Part shown: positions 12,325 to 23,649 of the stretch, one piece after another | Layout of the letters: every line of letters begins with the position of its first letter | Numbering within the stretch: the first letter of the stretch is position 1 | Assembly (NCBI GenBank): GCA_976551045.1 | Contig: CDPCPM010000095.1 | Coordinates: 19,468,001-19,532,000 of the forward strand | From: Glaucostegus cemiculus | Lineage: Eukaryota | Direction: 5' to 3' | Length of the DNA: 64,000 nt | Notes under the pieces: model-generated | Databases searched by the model: none | Told to the model about the DNA's origin: nothing | Seen by the model: the letters and a program-made list of their open reading frames with translations, nothing else | Position numbers and translations under genes: made by a program

Positions 12325-14170
12325 GGACAAAATAAAAACAGAAAATTCTGGAAAAACTCAGCAGGTGAAGCTGCATCTCTGGGAAGAGAAACAGGGGTAA
12401 GATTTCAGGTCGAAGACCCTTCGTCAGAACTGGAAAGGAGACAAAAGAAGATCATAAAACTGTAAGGAGGATTGGGGAAGAGGTCTCTGATAGGGTAAAA
12501 CTAGGGTAACCGTGAGGATAACATGTAAACAAAGTTATCTGGTCAATGAATGAATGGCAGCAGTTAGAGAGTGAGAACATAGACAAAAGGACACTGGCCA
12601 AATAATGTAGGAGTTGCAGAGCAGGAAGACATGCCTGGCAGGTCAATCAGGGCATGTTCTCCACTCCCAAGAGAAACCAAAGGAAGCTGAGTCATTATAC
12701 AGACAGAAAAATTACCTGAAGTTGTAGGATTCAATGTTAAGTTCAGAAGGCTGCAACGAGCCCAGACAGAAGATGAGGTGCTGTTCTTCAAGCTGCAGGG
12801 AGGGTGAGGGAGAGTAGTGTATATCTGATAGGGTTAAACCAGGATAACCATGGGGACAAGGTTATAGAACATAGAGCAGGATAAAATGTCGGCACAACAT
12901 TGTGGGCCGAAGTGCCTGTACTGTGCTGTAGTGTTCTAAGATCTATCTAACCCTTCTCTCCCACATGGCCCCCTATTTTTCTATCATTCATGTGTCTACT
13001 GAAGAGTCTCTTAAATGTCCCTAATGTATCTGCCCCCACAACCTCTGCTGGCAGTGCATTCCACGCACCCACCACTCTCTGTGTATTCCACGCACCCCTG
13101 ACATCCCCCTTATACCTAAAATTATGTCCCTTCATGTTAGCCATTTTTACTTGGTGAAAAAGGTCTCTGACTGTCCACTCAATCTATGCCTCTTATCATC
13201 TTGCACACCTCTATCAAGTCACCTCTCATCCTCCTTCTCTCCAAAGAGAAAAGCCCTAGCTCGCTCAACCTATCCTCATAAGACATGCTCTCCAATCCAG
13301 GCAACATCCTGGTAAATCTCCTCTGCACCCTCTCTAAAGCTTCCACATCCTTTCTATAATGAGGCGACCAGAACTGAACACAATACTCCAAGTGTGGTCT
13401 GACCAGAGTTCTATAGATCTGCAACATCACCTCACAGCTCTTGAGCTCAACACCCCGACTAATGAAGGCCAACACTCCATACGCCTTCTTAATAACCCTT
13501 TCAACCTGCATGGCAACCTTGACGGACCTATGGACATGGACCCCAAAATCCCTCTGTTATCTGGTCAGTGAGTGAATGGGAGCAGTTAGAGAGTGAGAGC
13601 GCAGACAAATGAACATGGACAATAGAATGTGGGAGTTGCAAAATACAGAGCAGGAAGGCATGGCTGGCAGGTCATGCTGGGCAAGTCCTCCACTCTCAAT
13701 GGGGAAAAAAACCAGAAAAAAAATGGGGAGAAAAAAAAGAAACAAACAAGCTGAGTCAATATAGAGGATGGACAACCAATACCGTCGGAGAAATCAAGTT
13801 ACCTGAAGCTGTAGAATTCAATATTGAGTCCAGAAGGCTGCAATGTGCCCAGACAGAAAATGCGATGCTGTTCCTTAAGTTTACTATGGACCTAATTGTA
13901 ACAGTATAGGAGGTCATAAGCCGATAGATCAGAGTGGGAGTGGGATGGAGAAATTAAAGTCGTGGGCAACAGGATGCTCAGGGTCACCTCTGCAGACTGA
14001 ACACAGCTGTTCCACAAAGCAGCCACCCAATCTGCAATTTGGTTTCTCCAGTGCAGAGGGGGACACACCGTTAACACCAATTGGAGGGAGTGCGGGTGAG
14101 TGGCCACTTCAGAGACTGTTTGTGACCCTGGATGGTAAAAAGGGTGGTGGTGAAAGGACAATTTTGAGTA
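12325..14170 (-). mobile_element. Penelope-like element relic in partial tandem (two 3' segments), split by a CR1 insertion
   Basis: Minus strand encodes LEEQHLIFCLGSLQP (~12750-12793) and a degenerate GIY-YIG region (~13800-14150). 12535-12790 is similar to 13556-13870. Hammerhead core at 12398-12432. Confidence 0.7.
12866..13555 (-). mobile_element. CR1 3' fragment with 5-bp TSD
   Basis: ORF 13179-13511 ([24 protein letters not shown]). GTTAT at 12861-12865 and 13556-13560. Confidence 0.9.
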
Positions 14171-14199
14171 CAAAAGTCATGGTCAGTGGTCCAATGCAG

Positions 14200-14510
14200 T
14201 CCGAAGTAAGTGCTGCATTGTCAGAGGTGTTGAATTTCAGGTAAGATGTTGGACCTTGATCAGTTGCCCCTGTTGGTATAGAACATTCCCTGGCACTATT
14301 TTGAGGAAGAACAAGGGAGTTATCCTTGATGCCCTGGCCACTATCTCTCAGTCAACATCGCAATATCTCGTTGTCACCTTGCTGTTTGAGCATGATAACT
14401 GGGAGTACATTGGCTTCTCTGTTTCCCGTACAACAGCAATGACTGCCAAAGCACTTCATTAAAACGCTCTGGGATGATGTCAAGAGGTTTCTCTAAATAC
14501 AAATCTTCTT
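14200..14510 (+). mobile_element. DeuSINE/SacSINE1-like ancient SINE relic
   Basis: 'gtgctgcattgtcagaggtg...ggcactattttgaggaagaacaagggagttatcc' resembles the Deu domain. Confidence 0.55.
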
Positions 14511-14889
14511 TCAATTTCCTTTTTTACTTGCTTGAATTTAGATCTAATTTCTTTCTTCATAATTCTTTCCTGTCATTGTTTGCATACTTATCTCTTTTAT
14601 TAGCTTATTTATTGGTTCCCTCTGCCAGGGTTTATCCTTCTGTGAACAGAATGGTACAGGATGATGAATAAGGTTGCACACATCATGCCCCACTGTGCCA
14701 CCTAATATAGGTGTTTCAGAGTGCCTCATTACTGCTTGTTTTTTAATGTTTTTTTTTCTTCTCTTAACTACTTAGTTAAGAAACTGGAATCCTCATCAAA
14801 TAATGAATTAGACTATGATAGGCAAAGCTAAGGTACACATTTATAATCCATTAATTTAGGATTTCAACTTGATTACAAAGATTTAGGCT

Positions 14890-15240
14890 GACACCTCGCA
14901 GATATACTGAAGGACTGCTGCGCTGGCAAAGGTTTCATCTTTCAGATGGGACTCTGATCTGAGGTCCCATCTGCAGTCTCAGGTACATAAAAATGAACCC
15001 CTGGCACAACTCAGAAAAGGAGCAGAAGGTCAACTCTGGTGCCCCAAGCCACTCAATGCAGCTGAGAAACAGATCATCTATTTGTGAACTCATTTGTGGG
15101 AGCTTGCTGTGGACAAATTGGTTGCTATGTTTCCTACTTTATAGAGTGATTATACTTCAAAAGCAGCTCACAGGCTATATAGTGGAACACTTAGAAAGGA
15201 TGTGGAAGTAGCTACGTAAATGCAAGTTCTTTTCTTTTCC
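14890..15240 (+). mobile_element. DeuSINE/SacSINE1-like ancient SINE relic
   Basis: Deu-domain-like 'catctttcagatggg...gaggtcccatctgcagtctcagg' and tail 'tttgtgggagcttgctgtggacaaattgg...aaatgcaagttctt'. Confidence 0.6.
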
Positions 15241-15434
15241 AATATTTCTCTTATCCCTTCTATCTTTTAAAAAAAGGTCATGAGGCCTATTTCTTTTATC
15301 TCTCCGGACCATTATTCCACATTGGAAAAAGTGTCTGAGGCATGACTGAAACAAAAACACCTGCCTGTTTGGGAAAATAGAAGTTGCAAAACTATTCTTA
15401 ACAGAAGATGGTGGAGGCAGGTAATGTCACTACA

Positions 15435-16145
15435 CAGAATCATAGAATCACAGCACAGAGACCAGCCCTTTCAGCCAACTTTGTCCATGCCAACTGTGAA
15501 GCCGATTAAAGCTAATTCCACCTGCCTGCATTAGGTTCATATCCTTCAAAACCTTCTCGATCCAAGAACCTGTCCAATCCCTTTCAGGCATTGTAATTGT
15601 ACCCGTCTCCACCACCTCCTCTGGCAGCTCATTCCAGTAAACCAGCACCCTCTGTGTGAAAAACCCACACATAAGATCTCTTTTAAGCTTCTCCCTTCAA
15701 CCTGTGCTCTCTAGTGCTAGGCACCTCTGCCCTGGGTAAAAGGCTCTATCTATCCTGTCTATGCCCTACATAATTTTGTAAACCTCCATAAAGTCACCCC
15801 TCAGCCTCTTACATTCCAGTGAGAGGCCTTGCACCTTATTGTCTACCTGCACTGCACTTCCCTGTAGCTGTCGCACTGTACTCTGTATTCTGTTATTGTT
15901 TTTACCCTGTACTACCTCAATGCACTGGTAATGAATTGACCTGTCCGATCGGTATGCAAGACAAGCTCTTCACTGTACCTCGGTACAAGTGACAATAGTA
16001 AACCAATACCAATGTCTTCTTATAACCACAGCTCTCCATTCATGGCGAATCACTTCTGCACTCTTTCTATTGCTGCAACATCCTTCTTGTACTGTGGTGA
16101 CCTGAACCACACACGATACTCCAAGTGTGGTCTAAGCAATGTTTT
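15435..16145 (-). mobile_element. CR1 3' fragment interrupted by a Rex1-type tail (~15826-16012, +)
   Basis: FFTQRVLVYWNELPEEVVE motif. The insert 'ccttgcaccttattgtctacctgcactgcac' recurs at ~52760. Confidence 0.75.
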
Positions 16146-17907
16146 GTAATTTAAGAAGCATCTGGATGAATCACCAAAGCAGAGAAGCTATGGATTAAGT
16201 GCTGATAAACTGGGTTAGTATAGATATGTACGATGGTCAGCATAGACAAGGTAGGCTGACGTTCCTGTTTCTGTGCTGTATGACCCAATGACTATGTGGG
16301 AAGCAGTTAATCAAAAAATAAATGATTTGATTGCAGCCCTTGAGATTACATCAGAAAATTGCTCTTACTGTTATACCAATTGACAGCTAAAGCTTATTCC
16401 AATCCAAATTCACAAAGAAGAGGAAAATCGCATAAAGAAGAGAATTTAAAAGTTTCCTCATTGCTTTGCAAAGAATTCCATATTAAAAATGTTTTTGTGA
16501 TATATGTTAGGAAATCACCATACTTTGCTTGTGGCAGCAACTTATCGAACTGCTACACAATGAGATCTGGATCGGAAGAACCATAGAAACCATAGAACCA
16601 TAGAACAATACAGCACAAAACAGGCCCTTCGGCCCACCTTGTGCCGTCCTTCAAACGTCACACAATCTAACTCTTTCCTCCCACATATCCCACTATTCCA
16701 CAATTCCAGGTGAACTTAAAGGCAAAAGCAGTTGTAAAGTGCCTCAGTTCAATTTAAGGGAGCAAAGGTTTGCAGTCACGTTTCGTTTTCATATTTTTCT
16801 CACAACATAGAAGGAGGCCATCCGACCCATCGACACTGTGGTGGCTCTCAGGGCTATCCCATTAGTTCTATACCTCCACTTATTTCCCTGTAAACTAGAA
16901 TGCCTGCCATGACCATAGGCTGCCCCAGAGCGCTCTAAAGCCAGTGAAGTTGTTTTCAGTAGTACTCATTGTTGAAATGTGAGTGTGGTCAAAAATCCAC
17001 ACAGCATGGCCCTACAGATGGTAATGAGATAATGATCAGAACAATCTGTCTGATGTTGGTTGAGGGAATAACTCCAGCCAGAAATGCTACAATGTGATTT
17101 ATACCTCAGTCTGAGAAGGAAGACCACTTCATCTACAGAGATCCTCTCCAGAAATCCAATGGAATATCAGACCAGGCATTGGCTCCATAGCCTTTGACAA
17201 AGGGGTGAGAACATTTTCTCACCAGGAGTCAAGGTGAGTCACTCACCATGACTCCTTTTGTTGTGGTTCAAAGGTAACACTACATGCAAGTTGTTGTTTT
17301 TTTTCCTTATTTATTTCTGTGAAATTGGATTGAATTATCCTTTCAGTAAGGTCATGTGGGGTAGAAATTCATCCTGTTATATTCCCCAAATACATTGAAC
17401 TCTGCTCCTGAATTTCATCCACTGAAGTCTTAGATAGATACATGAATATGCAGAGTATGGAGGGATATGGACCATGTGCAGGCAGAAGGGATTAGTTTAG
17501 TTATGTGTCATTAGCTTAACTAGCTCAGCACAACATTGTGGGCGGAGGGGCCCTGTTCCTGTGCTATACTGTTCTATGTTCTATGGCAATAGAATTGAAA
17601 TTCAGAAGTCGAATCCAGGGTTACTAAATTACCATGTCCTGCGTTAAACACACACAGCACAGTGCCAAGTCACAAACATAAATGCAAACAACGTGTTTGA
17701 GCCTTCCAGACCAGGGAATGAGCAGCTGAAGGAACAGCACTGGCCTCAGATTCTTGTAAGCAGATAACTGATGTACCTAGCAGCTCCTGCTCCCATCCAT
17801 CCTTTGTGTAGGCGTTGCAAAGACCCCATCCCTGCGGAGGAGTCTGGTGACCCTTATGTCACAGCAGGATAATACCCACTTAAGGTGGAAGTACCAGAGG
17901 ATCTCAC

Positions 17908-17921
17908 CTGTGGAAATATAG
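17908..17921 (-). other. Candidate 14-nt microexon or recursive splice site (host gene unidentified)
   Basis: Minus strand: long polypyrimidine tract ...cttttccag|CTATATTTCCACAG|gtgaga, with no AG for ~110 nt upstream. Confidence 0.5.
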
Positions 17922-18934
17922 CTGGAAAAGACACAAAGGCCCACAGAGAAAAGGGGAAGAGAGGCGAAAAAATTGACAGAGACAAACAATAAAAATACAA
18001 AGTAGGTTTCACATCAGTGAGGGAGTAAATTGCATCTTAAATAGCCTTACTGAATAGACCTCTGTCATTTTAACATATGAATGGGATTATAATTAACCTG
18101 CTGAATGGTTCCCTGATTTATTTGCACCCATTCTCCAGCAGTTCAAAGTGAAATATGGTCAAAAAACAATGATAACCAACACAAAGTAGTATCATTGCTT
18201 TATATAATTAGCATTTTCAGTGCAGCTAATTTTAATTTTTAATAGAAAAATCCGTCAGTAGTTGGGGCTGTGTTTGGTGCACAGCAGCTCCACAACAGGA
18301 TTGTTACCCTGTTGAAGTGGACCCAAAATTAGTGTGAGTGACTAAACTTCCTTTTTTTTCTCAGTGTGGATACGGCAAGTAAATCTGTACAGTTGCATGA
18401 TTAATGCACAACATGTATTTGTTTAAAAAAGTCCTCAATTATGCTTACAATATATAAACATCCAAATTATTTGCTCCTTAAAGCTGATAATGATTTTAAC
18501 TGCCTAGATCTAGTCTTTTGTCACAAATCATTTAACCCCATGAATGATTTGTGAAGATTCTGGCTGGGGTAAGAAACTTGACTGTTCTGGCATTCTGTAT
18601 TGATACTTTATTATCCCTGGCTATTATTTCTATAATATAACTGGCTCCCTTGCAGTGGGAATGATGTCTGAATTAGAATGACTCTTGGATATTTGCCTAG
18701 CACTCAACTCCTCTCAAAGCCCAAGGGTGAAACGATGACTTCCTATAGAAGGAGAGACTTAAAGCAACCCTCGCACACAAGACAAAGCTTATGTGGGGGA
18801 TCCATCACTCATTTCCAACCTCAAATTACACTCCCCTCTCTCAAAAATGAATCATATGACTGCACTCAGTTCTCCAGATACATTATTCTATATCTGATAA
18901 ACATGCTGTTGAAACTCACCGACTCAAACCGTGT

Positions 18935-19650
18935 AGGTCCTTGACAGTGTTGAAGAGCAGAGAGACCTTGGGGTGCAAGTCCACGGCTCATTGAAAGTGG
19001 CTACACAGGTAGACAGGGTGGTTAAGAAGGCTCGTGAAATCCTTGCTTTTGTTAATTGAGATATTGAGTACAGGAGTCAAGAAGCTGTGATGCATCTCTA
19101 TAGAACTCTGGTTAGGCCAAATTTAGAGTATTGCATGCATTTCTGGTCACCTCGCTACAGGAAGGATGTTGAAGCTTTAGAGAGGGTGCAGAGGAGGTTT
19201 ACTAGGATGCTGCCTGGATTAGAGGGCATGTGCTATCAGGAGAGGCTGGACAAACTTTGGCTCTTTTCTCTGGAGCGGCAAAGGCTGAGGGGTGATTTTT
19301 GGAAGTGTATAAAATTATGAGGGGAATAGATAGGGTGGACAAGCCATATCTTTTTCCCATTATTGAGCGATCCAATACCAGAGGGCATGCATTTAAGGTG
19401 AGGGGGGGGTAGGTTCAGAATAGATGTGAGGGGTAAGTTTTTTACTGAGAGAATGGTGGATGCCTGGAATGCATTGCCTGATAGGGTGGTGGAGGCAAAT
19501 CCACTGGGGGCTCTCAAGAAGAGCTGGGATGGGCGCATGAATGAGAGGAAAATGGAGGGATATGGACATTCTGTAGGTAGGAGGGATTAGCTATGTCGGC
19601 ACAACATTGTGGGCCGAAGGGCGTGTTCTGTGCTGTACTGTTCTATGTTC
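18935..19650 (+). mobile_element. CR1 3' fragment
   Basis: ORF 19087-19320 (LYRTLVRPNLEYCMHFWSPRYRKDV), tail 'gggccgaagggc...ttctatgttc'. Confidence 0.9.
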
Positions 19651-19989
19651 AAAACAGAATCTCAAAAAACAAATTTATCATGGTGAAACTTTTCTTGAAA
19701 CCCAAACAAGTTTTCTCCTAATCATAATATCCTAATTGACTTAACTTGGTACTGTGCATCTTTGGACTTCAGCTTTTATCTAACTTGTGCAAAGCAAAAA
19801 GTTGCATATCACCCCTGCACTACACACACTTGTCAAAATGACTGTCTGATGGTCGTCTTAGATCCACCTTTGCTTCATAATCCCCAGTATTCTCACACAA
19901 TAAAAAATATGATTGATCTGAGTCATGAACGTCCCAGCTGATGCATTTTCTTCACTTCTACACCACACATCTCGTTTGTAACCTTAAAC

Positions 19990-20295
19990 TCACAGCTCCA
20001 GTCATGTGGGTTCAATCCCGACCCCTGGTTGATGACTGTGTGGAGATTCTCCCTGTGTCTGTGTGGGCTTCCTCCCACATCCCAAAAATGTGTGGGTTGG
20101 TATGTTAAATGGTCACTGTAAGTTGCCCCCAGTGTGTAGGTGAGTGATAGAATCCGAGGGGGGTAGTGGGAGGTGCGTTGATATGAATGTGGTGGGAATA
20201 AAATGGGTCAGTGTAAAAATCATGTAAATGCTTGATGGACTCAGCAGACCATAGAGCCTATCTCCATGCTGTATCTCTCCATGATTCTAACTCTA
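19990..20295 (+). mobile_element. V-SINE (HE1-like)
   Basis: B box 'ggttcaatccc', V-domain fragment, CR1-like tail. Confidence 0.65.
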
Positions 20296-21689
20296 TGGAC
20301 CACTGCTGTGGTCCCCATAAGTCTTCTCTTTTCCAGAGGACAAAGCTTTCATCTTCCCTGTCAGACAGAACATCTCATTTCTGGTGTCCCATCTGTTAAT
20401 CCATTTCACATGTTCTTCACAGACTCTATGTTCTTATTCTTTTTGTATTATGAAGACCACAACTGTGCACAGTGGGAAACAACTCTGTGTAACTACAATA
20501 TAGGCTTTTATATTACTCAAAGAACATTGCTAATTGATCTTGTGAAACTGAGTCAGTTACCAATGTAACATCGAAGTCAGTGGTTCAGGCCATAGGTAAC
20601 AGCTTCTTAAATCTTCAAATAATTCTTTGAAGCAAAACAGCGGAAATCAATTATTCTCCTGATTTGGTGTTAGGTACAAAGACAGTTGTATTATGAGAGC
20701 ATCTTTCATTTTCCTTTCAGCATGTCTTATAGTGCATTAAGGCTGCTGAAGTATTTTTGAGGTGTAGCTGTTGTTCCAATTTGAGCACACAGCAATCTCC
20801 CACACACAATGGTAAGCTAATGACCAGGTAATCTGTTCCAGTAATATTTTAGTAAACTGTCAGTTGAGGAATGAATATTGGCCTGGACACTGTGGAGAAT
20901 TGTGCTGTGTTACTCCAGAGTCACTACTCTGTCTGACGTGTGGAAAACTACTTCCACTAGCTCTGGGCTTCTCTGAGGCATTCTATCCTATCAATTTTAC
21001 CAGAACCCTTGCCGATTTATTTTATGGTGAGCAAAAGGTCAATTTATTTGCTTTATGAAAACAACTTACATAAACTGAGTGAGTACATCAATTCCCTGCC
21101 TCACTCAAGAATGGTACAGAGTATAATACAAAAATATTCTTTGCTAGGCCCATGACAATATAATTATAATATCTGTCTTAAATCAGTCCTGGCACTCAGA
21201 ATCAGGATTTAGTCAATGCAGCTGGGAAACCACCTACATTATCAAACTTTTAAACATTAGTTGGTAATTTTATTTGACCACAAATGCCAAAGTGTTGGTG
21301 ATACTTTAGCTCATTGAGTCTCTGGAGTTCCTCATATTCAGCCTAGATTTAATTTAGCAGAGTTAAAGAGAATTAACTCTATAACTTCCTTCTCAGAATT
21401 TAAGCAGCATTAATATGATTGACATTTCTCGGTCATTCTTGATTGGTGTCAGGAGTGTAACACATAAAAGTGTCATTCAAAATACAATAGTAAAATACCA
21501 TCTGTCTGAAATACAGATTTATAGATTTCTGCAGTGTAAAGATGAAATTGAATGGCACCCAGCTGTGTGGGAAAGGGGCTCCATTGCCATTCAGTAGAGA
21601 GATTTTGCCCTATTGACATTGAAGGATTGACTGAGTAGATTCAATTAGGATGATATGGCAGTTGGACATGCTTGACTCTGTACTGGAGG

Positions 21690-21990
21690 CACGAGAGACT
21701 GCAGGTGCTGGAATCTGGAACAACAACCTGCTGGCAGAACTCAGCAGGTTGAGCAGCATCGGTGGGGGTGGCAGGGGGAAGGAATGGAGATGGAAAAGTG
21801 TAGGACACGGGAGGGAAAACGGTGGGGAGAAGTGGTGAATTGAATGCACATGCCTGACACCCTGTCTGGGGCTGAAGTGGGAGACCTGGTCCTGATGCAG
21901 GGTGTTAACCCCAAACATCGACAATTCCTTTCCTCCCACAGATGCTGCTCGACCCGCTGAGTTCCTCTCGCAGATTGTTTGTTGATCATT
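21690..21990. mobile_element. PLE-derived fold-back element (inverted terminal arms) with degenerate hammerhead
   Basis: 'gaactcagcaggttgagcagcatc' (~21737) is inverted relative to 'gatgctgctcgacccgctgagttc' (~21941). 'gtcctgatgcagggtgttaaccccaaacatcgac' at ~21889. Confidence 0.7.
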
Positions 21991-22492
21991 GAGTCCCTAC
22001 TCTTGGCTACCAAGTCTGGGTAGGCAGTGGAAAGTGTCGATTTGGATGTGTTTTTGGAGATGACTTGGTCTGTTGAAACCTATTACAGGCACACAAAGTA
22101 GACATGGTACACCAGTGGGCCTTTATTGCCATTCCAGCAAATTGTTTTCTTCTGAATGGCATTGAACGTCTTGAGTGTTGGTGCAGCTTCTCCAAGTAAG
22201 TAGAGGTTAATCAGTCATTTATCTGACTTGAAACTTGTCGATTGTGGAAAGGCTTAGGGGATTCAGGAAATGCAGAACTCGTGGTCTCTGACATGTTGTA
22301 TATGTGACTGGTAACCACCAGAATGATGATGATGGAGCATCTGATGATTGTAATGCCATTGAATAGGTACTTAGTCTGCCCTGTTTTAGAGATGCTCATT
22401 GCAGGCACTTGTATGGTATAAATGTTACTTCTAGTTATCCGCAAGCAGGTTGAAAATATGGACCATCTTCTTACCTGAGGAATCATGATTGG

Positions 22493-22775
22493 ATAAGACA
22501 AGACAAGATATCATTAGTCTCGTGTACATCAAAACACAGTGAAATGCACCTTTTGCATCAAGTGTTCTGGGGGCAGCCCGCAAGTGTCGCCACACTTCAC
22601 CAACATAGCACGCCCACAACTTCCTAACCCGTATGTCTTTGGAATGTGGGAGGAAACCGGAGCACCCGGAGGAAACCCACACAGACATGGGGAGAAAGTA
22701 CAAACTCCTTACAAACAGCCGGAATTGAACCCAGGTCACTGACACTGTAATAGCGTTACGCTAACCGCTACACCA
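22493..22775 (-). mobile_element. tRNA-derived V-SINE with a non-CR1 (Rex1-like) tail
   Basis: A and B boxes plus V-domain on the minus strand. 3' end 'catttcactgtgttttgatgtacacgagactaatgatatcttgtcttgtc'. Confidence 0.75.
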
Positions 22776-22901
22776 CAACAATCAGCAAGCAGTCCACCTC
22801 TCATGCGGTGATGCAGATGGTTGATGGAGCAAAGATAATGACATCTAGGAGGTTGATTGGAGTGAGGAGCTCCTGCAGAGATGTCCTAGGAATGAATAGA
22901 T

Positions 22902-23310
22902 TGTCATGATTCTGAGTACTGGCCCTTGATTTGGTTCCTTAGATGCCTCGTTGTACAGCACATGGATTCCATGCTGGACTGATTGCACAATGACACACAC
23001 CTGAGCCCCATCGGGGGCCTAGCATAAGTACCTGGGTTTCGCTAGCACTAGTTGCCAGAGGATTGGTCAACCTTCAGGTATACTTTGTCTCTTAGCTGCT
23101 TAGAGTGGTCTACTCCAGAGCAGTCCTGTGTTCTCTATTCCTGCTTGAAGATTCAGTTTGTGTTGGGATTACTACTCAGATCTCCGAGGCAAGATTTCCT
23201 TCCAGTTGCTGCCTGTGTTTGGTCCTGAGGAAGTATCCTGACTCCAGTCTTGTACCAGTGTGCTGCATTTGGGTTCTCTGTGAGCTTGCTCTTCAATCAA
23301 CATTGTGACA
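22902..23310. mobile_element. Solo LTR, family A (409 bp)
   Basis: TGTCA...TGACA termini; 5-bp TSD TAGAT (22897-22901, 23311-23315). Highly similar to 39810-40199. Confidence 0.9.
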
Positions 23311-23649
23311 TAGATTGCCCTTTGAAACCAGAACCAACTCTGTTTATGCCAGTTATGAGTTCAAAGTCCTGAAACTTTTTGCTCTGCTTTCCCTTATTTT
23401 ACTTCAGCTTCTGAATGCCACGTTTGGTTCAATCCTTCCCCAAAATCCAGGCTGGTTGCCCTCATCTCATTTTTGAAATTCATCTCTTTTGGCCTTGTAT
23501 GGACCAGGCTGTAGTGAGATTTGGAGCCAAATGATTCTGTTAGAATCCAATCAAATATCCCAAACTATTGTGTTGATTATTGGTTTAAGTACTACTTAAT
23601 AGTACATGAGATACATGTTTTATTCATTTTTTTAAAGATGAATATACAA

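Noticed and set aside
23105-23308. 67-aa ORF nearly identical to 39994-40197, suggesting a duplicated gene
   Set aside because: Both lie within solo LTRs of the same family.
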